From: Felis catus
Lineage: Eukaryota
DNA length: 64,000 bases
Assembly: GCF_018350175.1 (NCBI RefSeq)
Contig: NC_058368.1
Location: 232,006,001-232,070,000 of the forward strand
Direction: 5' to 3'
Below, in pieces: positions 13,803-26,091 of this stretch. A program made the position numbers and the translations under genes. The first letter of the stretch is position 1. Each line of letters starts with the position of its first letter. Under the pieces are notes generated by a model. It was given only the letters and a program-made list of their open reading frames with translations, made no database searches and was not told where the DNA came from.

Positions 13803-14210
13803 GACTCAGCCATCAAAAAGAATGAAATCTTGCCATTTGCAATGATGTGGATAGAGCTAGAGTGTACTCTGTGAAGTGAAATAAGTCAGTCAAAGAAAGA
13901 CAAATATCACATGCCTTCACTCATATGTGGAACGTAAGGAACAAAACAGATGAACATAAGGGAAGGGGGGGTAATAGAAGAGAGGAAACAAACTATAAGA
14001 AATTCTTAATGATAGAGAACAAACTGAGAATCAATGGAGGGAGATGGGTGGGGGATGGGCTAAATGGGTGATGGGTACTAAGGAGGGCACGTATTGTGAT
14101 GAGCACTGGGTGTTCTTTGTAAGTGACGAATTCCTAATTCTACTCCTGGGACTATTATTACACTGTATGTTAACTACCTAGAATTTAAATAAAAACTTGA
14201 AGAAAAAATA
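13803..14210 (+). mobile_element. 5'-truncated carnivore L1, 3' end
   Basis: actcagccatcaaaaagaatgaaatcttgccatttgca L1 motif, 3' UTR ending aataaaaacttgaagaaaaaa. TSD-like aatggtcttt on both sides. Confidence 0.9.
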
Positions 14211-14749
14211 AAGCTAATGGTCTTTGCTCTGCCTCCTCAGGTTACAGTTGACCACGCCCCTTTTAAAATGTGTAATTTCTATACGCCAGTCTAACTGGAC
14301 TTCCATGTGGCCCTGTGCCCTCAGTACTCCATCTTTATTTTCCTTCTTGTATCTTTGTGGGGTCACTTGTTAAATTACCGATTCTCAGCAGACAGTTCTC
14401 TGTAGCCTTTTCTTTTCCTTCCATGCTTTCCCCTGGTGAATCTTAGCCATACCCATAATGTCAGTCAGAGAAAGCATTCCATACATTGTATGCTATCTCT
14501 GAATCCCTGTTTTGCTTTCTGAGCACCCGACCTGGATTTTCAGCCATCTTCTCCATTGCCTGAAATATTCTCTCAGCATCCTGTACCCAACACGTACAAA
14601 ACTAAATGATCGTATTCTCATCTGAACAAAGTTCTCTAGTGATTATTATTGAAATGAGGGGCATTGCCACTCTGAGGGGTGCCTGTATTCTCTATCTTGA
14701 GTCTATTTGTGTCTCTTTGCTTTCTTTTCCCTCAAGTGTAGCAGATTAG

Positions 14750-15175
14750 AACATCCGCCATTTTGTTATATTCCGTACTTTGGGCATTAGGAATTTGGGT
14801 AGGGCTCAGTTGGGTGATTCCTTTGCTCTTGTGATACTGAAGTTACTCAGTTTCAGCTGTACTCACATATCAGGTGGGGATGGCTGGGAAGCTGGTCACT
14901 AGGAGTCCCTATAAGTGGTCTCTGTAATCTGGCTGTCTCCCGGTAGATGGGCTTCTGATCTGTTTTCTTAGTACCCCAGAGAAGGTGTTCTAAGAGAGAG
15001 GAAGTGGAAATTGCCAGTCTCTTCGGGTCTGGGCTTGGAAATGAGCATGCCATCACTTCAGTTAAATTTGTGAACAAAACAGTCACGGAGCCGATCCAGA
15101 TTCAAGAGAACGGGCATAAACCTAGCTTTCATGGGAGGAAGGTTGGAGGGGCCATGGCCATGTTTAATTTGCCAT
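14750..15175 (+). mobile_element. MLT1-type (MaLR) solo LTR fragment
   Basis: ggaatttgggtagggctcagttgggtgattc and cagattcaagaga...tcatgggagga motifs typical of old MLT1 LTRs. Strand is tentative. Confidence 0.6.
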
Positions 15176-16162
15176 ACTTCCCTTACCCATCACACTGAGT
15201 GTTTGCTCACCACGCAAAATCACAGCTTCATTTATTTCTCTTCCGAATAGTTGCCATAGTTTCAAATGAACTTCTCTACCTCCATGGTCTTCTTTATCCA
15301 ATTTCCTGCATACACTATTGTAAGAACAATGTTTTAAGTATTTCTTGTGCTGTTATCTCGTGGTAGCTTGTTGAGTAAAAATAGAGACCTCAGACTTTGG
15401 TATAGTGTGCCTTCCAGATCTTAACTCAACCTTCTTCTGTCTAAACTGCTTCCCACTAGTCTCCTTTAGATCTCCCAGGGTCTGGCTCAATTACAGGAAA
15501 CCATTCCCCAAACTGTTATTACCTCCTCCTTCCTCTTGCCCCTCGAGGGCACCCCTGCACCCCTGTTCCCTTGGCATGGAATGCACTTCCAGAAACCTGC
15601 ATGTGTTGAAATCCTCCATATCCTTTAGTATTAAGCTCAAACACAAACTCTTGACGGGACCCACCCTTGGGTCCTCTAAATGGCAGTGGCATTCCCTCCA
15701 AGGTCCCATGGCACCCCTGCTCCTTTCGACGGTTTTCTAACAGCTTAGCTTACAGTTATTTTTGCAAGCCTATCTTGTTTTAAAGTTTATTAATCTTTAA
15801 AATTATGCCTATTCTTTAAAGTCTCGTAGCTGACAGCGTAGCAATTGCATTTCACCCAGTAGGTGCTCACTATGGACTTTTTATTTGATTCACGCTTGAT
15901 TTCCAGCCAGAAACTCTGCAGGCAGGCCGTGTATAAATTTCAAAGGATAAATTCACCAAATATGGGCAGTTTGTAAGAGTTGGGTGGCAAAATATTAGTC
16001 GGGTTGTTGGTAAAAGACAGTGGTCGTGGCCTCATGAAACAAGGGCTTTGGATGTCAAAAAGGAAAAGGTAGAGTTCCTTAGGGTTTCCCCGCATAGATC
16101 CCTGCTAGCGCGAGGGGATGAGGAAGGGCAAAACCTTCAGCGATCACAAACATTAAGCTGCA

Positions 16163-16563
16163 TTTAAAAAAAATTTTTTTTAATGCTTATTTATTTTTGA
16201 GAGAGACAGAGACAGGATGCAAGGGGGTTAAGGGCAGAGAGAGAGGGAGACACAGAATCCGAAGCAGGCTCCAGGCTCCGAGCTGTCAGCACAGAGCTCG
16301 AACTCATGAGCTGAAAAGGGCAGTTTGTCCAAGCACTCGAAGGCTCTCCCCCTTTTTTAAAAATTCTTTTTAATTTTATTTATTTTGAGAGAAAGCCAGC
16401 AAGAGTGGGGAAGGATCAGAGAGAGAGGGAGAGAGAGAGAATCCCAAGCAGGCTCCAAACACTGTCAGTGTGGAGCCCGACGTGGGGCTTGATCCCGTGA
16501 ACCGTGAGATCATTACCTGAACTGAAATCAAGAGTCCACCGCTTAACAGACTGAGCCACACAG
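16163..16563 (-). mobile_element. Two CanSINEs just upstream of the first coding exon (16163-16312 truncated; 16353-16563)
   Basis: Both have a tail, (GA)n and aagcaggctcc motifs. The second is flanked by ctctcc..ttttttaaaa repeats. Confidence 0.9.
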
Positions 16564-16665
16564 TCTCTCCTTTTTTAAAAGTAGTGATGAGGCTTTCCTA
16601 CAAGATCCCCGCACCAGAAAACGCAAACTCACGTTCATCGCATTGTTCTCTTTTGTGTGTTTTAG

Positions 16666-16740
16666 GCACTTCCCCCACATGACAGGAGGACGAACTTCTG
16701 GTTAGGAGACAGCTACCTGGAGCCCACGCCTCTGCCCACC
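16666..16740 (+). other. SEMA5A: 5' UTR part of the first coding exon of SEMA5A
   Basis: Acceptor ttctcttttgtgtgttttag|GCACTT at 16665/16666, 75 nt before the ATG. Implies further non-coding exon(s) upstream, none of which I could identify in this window. Confidence 0.8.
16679..16705 (+). promoter_or_regulatory. Upstream ORF (MTGGRTSG*) in the SEMA5A 5' UTR
   Basis: ATG ACA GGA GGA CGA ACT TCT GGT TAG within the exon. Weak context (cacATGa); ends 35 nt before the main ATG. Confidence 0.55.
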
Positions 16741-16861
16741 ATGAAGGGGACCTGTGTCATTGCATGGCTGTTCTCAAGCCTGGGGTGGTGGAGACTCGCC
16801 CAGCCAGAAACGGACGCATCTCAGTGCCAGAGAGCGGAACACCCGGTCATTTCCTATAAAG
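16741..16861 (+). CDS. SEMA5A: Semaphorin-5A, first coding exon (signal peptide and N-terminus)
   Basis: gcccaccATG in strong Kozak context. Translates MKGTCVIAWLFSSLGWWRLAQPETDASQCQRAEHPVISYK plus one G, matching the recalled mammalian SEMA5A N-terminus. Donor AAAG|gtgagg, phase 1. Confidence 0.97.
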
Positions 16862-17524
16862 GTGAGGGACAGGCACGCTCGGACTGCAAGGGCACCCCTT
16901 AAATGCACATCCCGTGTTCAGTGATCGGGAATAGCAGCGGGTCTTGCTCTGTCGCTCTGTGACTCTTGTTCCAGACATTGTTTAAAATACGAACGAAAAT
17001 ACAAAATCTCCCACTGCAGGAATTTCCTGTCCCAAAACTGATCACTACTATCTCTTTCAGGAAGAATTCAGCATTGGAGTTATCACGGCCATGGTTGAGG
17101 CCACCTTTTCTTAACGGTGCTGTGAGCCTCCTAGGCATTTAAACCAGGGGATAAAAATGTGATCTGAAGCAAAGAATTCTTCGCTTCAGCATTTCCCTAC
17201 AAAACCTTAGTCTTAACACAAAACTTACACCGTGGTCTCTATCTGGCATTGCATGGCAGACAGAATTGATTTCATGTCTTAAGTATCTCCATGGGTCTGT
17301 AGGATTAATTAATTAGTGTGTAAATTCAGTCATTTGTTCTTTTATTTATCAAAATTTATTTGAGGCTGTCTATACTCTGGGTACTCTAAACAGTCAGGAT
17401 GAAAAGTAGGTTAGTGTTTGTCCCTGTCCTCAAGGAACTTGCAATTCTATCATGAAGCCAATTATAATTAATGAGACATTGTATTTTAATAATTCATGCA
17501 ATAAATAGTTTTATGTTTGTTATG

Positions 17525-19980
17525 TTTTAAACTTTATATCATGAAAAATGTCAAATATATGCAAAAATAGAAAGAATAGTCTAAGGAACACCAACCCAAC
17601 ATTTATTTTTATTTATTAAAAAAATGTTTTTAATGTTTATTCATTTTTGAGAGACAGAGAGAGAGAGACGGAGTATGAGTGGGGGAGGGACAAAGAGAGA
17701 GGGAGACACAGAATCCGAAGTAAGCTTCAGTCTCCAAGCTGTCAGCACAGAGCCCGACATTGGACTCAAACTCATGGACCACAAGATCATGACCTAAGCT
17801 GAAGTCATACGCTTATCTGACTGAGCTACCCAGGTGCCCCGTAACCCAACATTTATTAATTCCGGGCCCACCATTTTTCTCCCAATCCCCACACATGTTC
17901 TATCTCACACCCGCCAAATTATTTTGAAGCAAATCCAAGAAATCGTATAATTGTATCTATAATATTTTAGTTCTTAACTGTCAAACAAAGGGAATTCTCA
18001 GCACCATTATCACATCCGAGAAAAAAGAAATGCAAAAAAACCTCAATTCCCTAAAGTCATCTGATATCCAGTGAGTATCGTGAGATCCAGATCCCTGATG
18101 GTCTCATGAATGCTGATGAATTTTTTTGTTAACAGTTGGATTGACTCAGGGTTTAAATGGAGTCGATCCATAGCGATTGGTTGGTATGGCTCTTAAGACT
18201 CTTCTAATTTTGCACCGTTTTGCAGTGGTGGTTTTGTTTCCCGTGCAAATTAATTACAAAAGAAATCGGAGCTCTTTATCCTGCAGAGTTTCCCACAGTC
18301 TGGATTTGGCCAAGTGCATCCCTTTGGTGTTGAAATGTTCTTCTGTCCCGAATATTTGTGTAAATTCAGAGTAGGATCCAGAGGCCGCTTAGATTCAGGG
18401 TCGACTCTTTCTGTCTCTCCCATGTCACGGATGCTGCGGTGTCCTTCTCTTGGGAGGCAGGTAATGTGAAATTAGTAGTCACTGATGATCACGGCCTAAA
18501 TCTACCAATTCGTTCATGGGTGTGAAGCTGGGATTTCCTAATTTTATGAGTCTTTCTTCATTTAACAGCATGAATACTTCTGTATAAAGTAACTTCCCTT
18601 ATCAACTACTTGAATATCCTGAGGACACACTCATATAGGAAATATAGAATCATTGTTAATACATGGATTTTAACATTTGAAATATTTCAAGCAATTGTAG
18701 TTTTTATGCTTATGGGTGGTGAAATCATCTCATTTGAAGCCCATGGAAACCTCTTAAAGTTGGCTCCTGAGCTCCTCTGACACAACCCAAGGTCGCTTTT
18801 GAGAGCTTGCTGACTCTGGGACAAGGAGATGTTGCTTCCCCGCCTCTGCCATTTCCTTCTGTAGACCTGTGCACCGGCCATTTTGGGCTCCTTTAAGCAT
18901 GGCTGTCCCAAGCATTAGGTCTTTCCTATGTACAGAGCTAAGGAAAACTTTTTGAGAATGCACCGTAATTTCCTCTGGATACCTCCAGCCCATCTGCAGG
19001 ACTAGAGGGCTTTTTTCTGAACCCCTTCTACCTTATGTCTGTGTCTTTCGCTCCCGTGCACGGAATCCCGAGTCTCTGCAGCCCACGTGATTGTTCCCTT
19101 GCCTCTTCCTGAAACACATACTGCATGCTTTCAGAGCAACTTTCAAGCAGCGCTAGTTGTGTCTGACTACTGAAAACACTGTGAGATCATCCGCCTCTCT
19201 TCTTGTAGTTCTCGGGCTACAGGTTTCATTGGGAAATTAAAGCAATGTGGCTACTTGGAGATCACTTGAAATAATTTCCTCTTGCGTGGTTGTGTTCCCA
19301 ACTCAACACCCAGTTGATGTCCTGTGTTTAATTTCTCTTTTGAGTTTTGGAAATTTTAAGAATTTACATTATTAGGTAGTATTTCAAAGTTTCATTAATG
19401 AGGCAGTGAATATTTAGAGAAACTGGCTTCACTTGTGTTTTCTCCGCCCTGTTCCCTCTCTCTGCATTTAGCTCACCTTTTACTTTATGGTCCATGCTTC
19501 TGTTCTCTGCCTAGCATTTTTTGACATAGCAGTATATCCTGGGGTCCCTTCCTTAGTCGTGCACTTTATGTCTTTCATTTTCACAGCCACATAGCTGTCC
19601 ACTGTGTGATGAACCATAGTGTATTCAACAACTCCCTACTGAGAGATGTGTAGGTTATTTTCTGTCCTTTGTGGTCGTGGATGGTGTTACAATGAGTAAC
19701 GCCTCCTGCTAACATTTCTTAATCCCTTGCAAGGGTATCATCGGAAGAGATTCCTAGCATTGACATTGCTAGGTTAAAGGGTGAATGCACCTGTGTTTTT
19801 GCTAGATATTGCCCAACTCCCTTTCATGAATATCACGCCATATTGTGTTCTCATTGCCCTGGATACGAGGATCTATTTCCCACCAGCCTTTCCAGTGGAG
19901 CGCACTGTCAGGCTTTGGGATTAGGACTAATCCCATAGTTCGTAAGTGACATCTCGACCTAATTTTAATTTCTGTGCAAA
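17525..19980 (-). mobile_element. Ancient L1 (L1M-class) 3' fragments, interrupted by a SINE
   Basis: atgaaaaatgtcaaatatatgcaaaaatagaaagaata, attattttgaagcaaatcc and ttgctaggttaaagggt motifs typical of antisense old L1 3' ends. Confidence 0.55.
17608..17840 (-). mobile_element. SINEC_Fc-type CanSINE with 15-bp TSD
   Basis: TSD aacccaacatttatt at 17593-17607 and 17843-17857. Confidence 0.93.
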
Positions 19981-20663
19981 ATTTTTTAACTTGGAGCAAA
20001 TATTCCATAAACATTTAACAGGTGCCTGTTACGAGGCATTGTCTGTGCTCTATATTGAGGATATAGAGCAAAAAATACAGTTCCCTTCAAGGGTTGAGAA
20101 TATCTCTAAGAGTATAAAGCAGAAGGAACATTGCATTATAATCTGTTAAGGGTCTTAATGGGTATCTTTGGTGGGTGCTGTGGGAGCCCAGGAGAGGGGC
20201 ATCTGAACCAGATAGCCCGGGCTTTGGGAGAGTGCTTAAAGATTTCCGGGTTGAGTCAACAGCAGAGCTGAGTCCCAAATGATTGTTAGAGGGTGTTTAT
20301 GAATCTGATGAATGGAGAGGTGTCTCAGGAAGAGGAAAACAGCAGGTGCAGAAGCCCTCAAGTGAGGAAGGGAAACCTAGCAGGTCCTGGCCGGCGTTCT
20401 GTACAGGAAGCCATGAAATCTTAGTTGAGGTTATGGAAAGGAGGTGGAGGGAGATGAGGCTAGTAGTTGGAGGGTTTCCATGTTGTCGGGCATCTGAAGG
20501 CCCCTTAAGAAATTCCCCTTATCTGGATCGGCTCCCTGTTCAGGATGGCAAAACGCAGCAGGGAGAGCCCATCCTGAGGCTGCGGCCGTGATCAGAGGGA
20601 GCGGTCATGAGGACATAAGCTCAGGGAGTGGTAGCAGAAATGTAGAGAATTAGGTGAATTCCA

Positions 20664-20878
20664 GGGGCACCTGGGTGGCTCAGTTGGCCAAGCATCCGAC
20701 TTTGGCTCAGGTCACGATCTTGTGGTTCATGAGTTCGAGCCCTGTGTCGGGCTTTGTGCTGACAGCTCAGAGCCTGGAGCCCGCTTCACATTCTGTGTCT
20801 CCCTCTCTCTCTGCCTCTACCCCACTTGTGCTTTGTCTCTCTGTGCCTCTCAAGAATAAATAAAACATTAAAAAAAAA
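20664..20878 (+). mobile_element. SINEC_Fc-type CanSINE with TSD
   Basis: ggggcacctgggtggctcag head, (CT)n, aataaa tail. TSD agaattaggtgaattc at 20646-20661 and 20882-20897. Confidence 0.95.
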
Positions 20879-21033
20879 GGAAGAATTAGGTGAATTCTAG
20901 AAATGTGAACAATGTGTTGATGATTTAACGGATGTGGGACAGGAAGGAGAAGGAGGTACTGAGTATGATTTACAAGTTCTTGGCTGTTGATTCCATATGT
21001 AACGAAGAACAGGAATTTAAAATGATGATTTTA

Positions 21034-21235
21034 TTTTTATTTGTTTATTTATTTATTTACTTATTTAGGGTTTATGTATTTGGAGAGAGAGAGAGAGAGA
21101 GAGAGAGGGAGTGGATCCCAAGCATGCTCCACGCTATCAGCACAGAGCCTGAAGCAGGGCTCAAACCCACGAACCATGAGATCATGACCTGAGCCAGAGT
21201 CCGACACTTAACCGACTGAGCCACCCCGGTGCCCC
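21034..21235 (-). mobile_element. CanSINE with 16-bp TSD
   Basis: TSD taaaatgatgatttta at 21018-21033 and 21236-21251. Confidence 0.95.
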
Positions 21236-21466
21236 TAAAATGATGATTTTAGATTGAGAAAACTGAGTTCCTACTGCCGTCAAATGGGTTGTCTAGTTGA
21301 GGGCAGGGCATCAATGGATCCAAGAAAGGAGAGCTTTTCAAGAGGGAGGAGGCCATCCGAGTATCTGATGATGAAGAGTTCAAGGCAGATGTGGGCCAGA
21401 GGGCAGAGTGACGAAGTCCTCCTTGTTTGCCCAGAACCTTCCTGGGTGTAGCACTGAAAGTATGAT

Positions 21467-22256
21467 CTGTGTCTCGGCTTCCCAGGGCTCCTGTAACAAA
21501 ATACCACAAGCCGGGTCGCTTCAAACAACAGAAATACCTTCTCTTACAGTTCTGGAGGCTAGAAGTAAAAAATCCTAAGGTGTCAGTAGGCCCTGCTTTC
21601 TCTGAGGGCTCTAGGCAAGAATCCTTCTTTGCCTCTTCTCAACTTCTGGGAGTTGTCCACGATCCTTGGTGTTCCTAGACCTGTGGACGCATCGCTCGAG
21701 TCTCTGAGTCTCTACCCCCGTGGCCTTCTCTTCACGGGGCTCCGTCATTTCGCCTGCTGCTTTTTTTTTTTTTTTTTTAAATTTTTTTTTCAATGTTTTT
21801 TATTTATTTTTGGGACAGAGAGAGACAGAGCTTTTTTTATTTATTTTTGGGACAGAGAGAGACAGAGCTTTTTTTATTTATTTTTGGGACAGAGAGAGAC
21901 AGAGCACGAACGGGGGAGGGGCAGAGAGAGAGGGAGACACAGAATCGGAAGCAGGCTCCAGGCTCTGAGCCGTCAGCCCAGAGCCCGACGCGGGGCTCGA
22001 ACTCCCGGACCGCGAGATCGTGACCTGGCTGAAGTCGGACGCTCAACCGACTGCGCCACCCAGGCGCCCCATCGCCTGCTGCTCTTTTTACCAAGACACT
22101 GGTCACATGGGATTTAGGGCTTACCCTCACCCAGCATGATCTCATCTTTATAAGTTATACCTGAAAAGAGCCTATGTCCAAATAAGGTCACGTTCGCAGG
22201 TACTAAGGTTAGGACTTCCACGTATCTTTTTGGGGAGCGCAATTCAACCTGTAATA
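21467..22256 (+). mobile_element. MLT1-type (MaLR) solo LTR split by a young SINE
   Basis: ctgtaacaaaataccacaa...ttcaaacaacagaaat...cagttctggaggctagaagt and ccaaataaggtcacgttc...caattcaacc motifs. Strand is tentative. Confidence 0.85.
21762..22070 (-). mobile_element. Young SINEC_Fc with triplicated 3' segment
   Basis: CpG-rich intact body, TSD tcgcctgctgct, 36-37-bp unit repeated three times at 21796-21905. Confidence 0.96.
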
Positions 22257-25200
22257 AATGGCATTTATCAGAGCGGTTTCAGGACCGTGCTGGGGGAGTA
22301 GACTAAATGGTGATGGGCAGAGAAACAAATGTGAGGTGAAGAAGTAGATATAAAAGGAGCCGGTTATTGACTCAGCCGCCAGGGACGTGAGAGCAGGGGA
22401 CAGCTTTTAAGAGAGCATTGCTTAATCGTCCTTAAGTGCTGATGGGGAAAAGCCAGGTGAAGGAAGAGGCTGAAGAGAGAGGGGGGAGAGAATTGATTAG
22501 ACAGAGTCCCCAGGGCTGTGGGAGGAGATAGGATACTGGGCACAGGTGGGGGATTAGCTTACAGGAAGCCGACCCTACCTCTAGTGAGTCTGGAGGGAGG
22601 GAGTCTAGGGCACCCAGGATGCAGGAAAGTCGGGGGGTGGAGGGGAGGGGGTGTCTGAGGACCTCCATCTCGGCTGAGAAGGAGTGAGCAGGCCATGTGC
22701 CAAGAGCCTGGGAGCTTCAGGAAGGAAGTGCTTCTCTGAAGAAGGGGCAAGATTGTTGACCAAAACATACACCAGCGATTCCCTGGGGGATGTTAGGAGC
22801 CCCGCTAGTCCTTGAAATGGCTCATGTTCCAACCTAGCAGGTGGCCACTGCTGGGCTCCATGAACACTCTCGTGTAAGGTGCGACTCTGCTAGAGCATTT
22901 AAGATACCGCAGAAATACATGAAGGACTGGATAATGCGGACTTTGGAAATCTTGATTTCTGCGTACACTTAAAATTTCATGATTTAATGTTCTTCTATAT
23001 CGGAGGCGCTCTGCACAAGAGGCTCCTCATGAAGTAGACCAGATGCTACAGTAACGTCTTAATACAACTAAGCAAGTTTTATTGAAGCCTTCATTCGATT
23101 TACCTGGGTAGGCAGAAGATGCTGGCAGGATCTCGTTTTTCCCCATCCTAGGTGAAATATTTGCCACCATGGGCTTCCCTTGTCTAGCAGAGTTCATTGC
23201 TCAACACGCTGTAACAGCTTGCTGTGTGTGCAAGGTTACTCCCTTGACTGCATGTTCTGGAATATTTATCCTTGATTGTTCAGGGGCTGCTAAAACACTC
23301 TGACCCCTCGCAGACACACCATTTACACTTATGTCCTTGTCATTTGCTTAAATGTCTGTTCCAATAAAGAGGGAAAAAATAGTGACCCTTCAAGACAGCA
23401 TGTTTCTCAGCATGCTTACTGAGCCTCATAACCATCTCTGAAATGAGTTTTAAATGTTTAATGTCCACTTAAGGCAATAGTGCCATATTCTGCCTTTGTT
23501 TGTTTATTGATTAAAGTTTACCCAGCACGCTTGGCTATTTAGAGTGTGCTCCATTTATAGGAATTGGTTTATGGGGAACGATTTCACAGTATGCACAGAG
23601 GAAGACCACCAGTGGGGCGAGTCATGCCGCACTTAGGCTTTCTTTGCCTTGGAGCCTTAATATCATGACTAATCTGGAAGCCTTTCTTCAGTGCCTTAGC
23701 TGGTAGTGCTCAGTGTTAGTGATTACTAAGATTCTTCCTGCCTGCCGAATCAGGCAAGGCGTTGTTAATTCCGCTCTCGGGCCCCTCAGATCTTCACCTC
23801 TGACTCCTTGGTGTTCCCGTTGAGTGTCCTCCTACTTACGGATTCACCGATTGGCTGGAGATTTGTTTTGGAACTTACAAAAGCGTTGTATGAATGCTTG
23901 ATACTGGATTAGCAATGTTTGGCCCCAGGTCTTTGGAAGGGCATCTGAAGAAATCGAAATGGGGGTTCCAGCTTTGGCCAACCCCAGGACAGGACTGGGT
24001 GTGGCGTTGGCCTTTGAGTTTAAACAACTGTCTTTATCTCCACATGTAGTCTTAGGTGATTGAAGGGACCATGATTGAAAGGGTACAACATAGGATTTTG
24101 AACTTGGGTTCTATTCTCATACCACAGAATGAACACTTTTCACCTATCCTGTGTTGTTCTTTTGAATCGTATAAACGCATGTCATTGAATTTGTGTGTGT
24201 GTTAGAAGCATTGACTTGTTGCTGGCAATAAAAATATAAGACGTGCTTTGTAACTGTCTTCTTCTTCATGTTTAACGTACTGAGAATCTCGGCCACTTCC
24301 TACCTCTGAGAGGCTGTCTTTCTACCAGTCTGTAAGGTGGCCATGTACACATTTCCTGTTGCCCCATTAGCCGCCATTCCTACCTGTTGTCCTGCCAGTT
24401 ACTTCCCTCTCCCTGGCTTCCTCACATTTCCTGAGACCTCTGCATTGCTTGGTGTGCCACATGCTCCCTTGGGGCTGGGGATGGCATAACCTGGGCAGCC
24501 TCAGTTACCCTCCAAGGCACAAGGATGGGGATGCCAGAAGGGAGCCAAGGGATCGTTTATGTGCCATGGCTCCACGTATCCTATGGGCCCAAGCACATCC
24601 CATGGCTCCGTACATGTCCCCTCGCTCCTCGTTGTCCCACGGTGCTCCATTTTTTCCCCGGGTTTTGACATTCTGGGGTCTAAACCCTGGACAGTCATGT
24701 GGTTGTTATGGCCCTGGCTGGATTGCCCCTCTTCTCTAGGACTTAGGACCCTCATCACCACCAGAAGGGCTATAGTGGATGATTTCTGTTTCCCAGAAGA
24801 TTTTAGAGATTTCAGAGTCTTTGAGTATATAAATCTTGATTGAAGCCGCCTCTAGTATTTCTCCCTGTTCATCTAGTCTCAGATCTGCCATTTGACCTTT
24901 ATAAATCATCAGTGTGTGTGATTGTATGACAGTGGCCTACTTTCTCCGAGGAAGAATTAGGAGAATTCATTTTCATGAAAAATAGGTTGTGTGAAATTCA
25001 TTTTAATATTTCCTTTTAATATTTTCATATGAATATCTGATTAAAGCTTAGGTACAGCTAGTCTCTGCTAACTGTTGAAATCTGCCTCGAATTCAATCCT
25101 CTTTGTAAAATGTAAAATTTACATAAACCAAGCGTGATTCTTTTTGGTTTCCAAACAGGGTATGAGTGATCCCCCTGTGAGTTTATTTGGGGAGGAAAAG

Positions 25201-26091
25201 TGTTGTTACGGATCCTTAAACGTTCTTTGTTCCATAAATAATTTGACTTTTGTTCTCATGCGTGTGACTGAATGGTTCATCTAATGTACTGTCACAATCA
25301 CACGGGCAAAATATTCCAACCTATTTGCAAGTGAAACAGCAGTGGTACAGGCGCATTGCTTGTTTTGTGCATTAAAAGCTGCATTTGGGAATACAGTTTT
25401 TATTTGAAACTCTGTTGCCGGTTGTGCCATCTGAAAGATGGAATATTTAAAAAATACACAACTTGCCAACTCTCTAATGTAGGTGTATCACCATCGTTCA
25501 TGAGCGCACATACGTATTAGAAGAAAACGCTGCGTAAAACCACTATGCGTCACTCAGTGGGTGAATTTGTTCCAATGCCTACATCGTACTTTTATGTCAT
25601 TATTCAGCTTTGACTGACGAGACTGGAGATGGTCTCTGTTGTATGTATTATTTTTAAAAAGAATGATTAGACTCTGATGCAAATGATTTATTGAGTTTTC
25701 AGAATTGCTAATAACTTCCATATTATTTTTGTGTTCTAGGGCCACTAATGAAATAATCTATAAAACGGAACATTTATATTGTATCTCAAGATAAGATTTC
25801 AAGCTTTTGGATTGATTTGTCTAGGTGGGGAAATAGTTTTTTATTATTTTAAAGCTTCGGATGGAATACTCTATAAGTGGAGTAGGTCAATGTGATAGCA
25901 TTAAAACTGGGAATAAGATTTTGTAAAGGCATAGTCAGGATTCTGACTGATCATAGTCAAGCAGTCATTTTATTTGGCCTCAAATGGTATGCTACTGTAT
26001 TTTATTGATCTGTAAGCATATTCTAGTCTTTTTAAGCATTAAATGGACAATTCATGTGTTCTCACACTGAAGGTAGATAAAAATCTTATCA

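Noticed and set aside
21629..22145. ORFs of 76-162 aa (and similar ones at 27472, 37414, 43133, 45104)
   Set aside because: They read through SINEC_Fc bodies (FIYFWDRERQS.., GGAEREGDTES.. peptides recur at each SINE).
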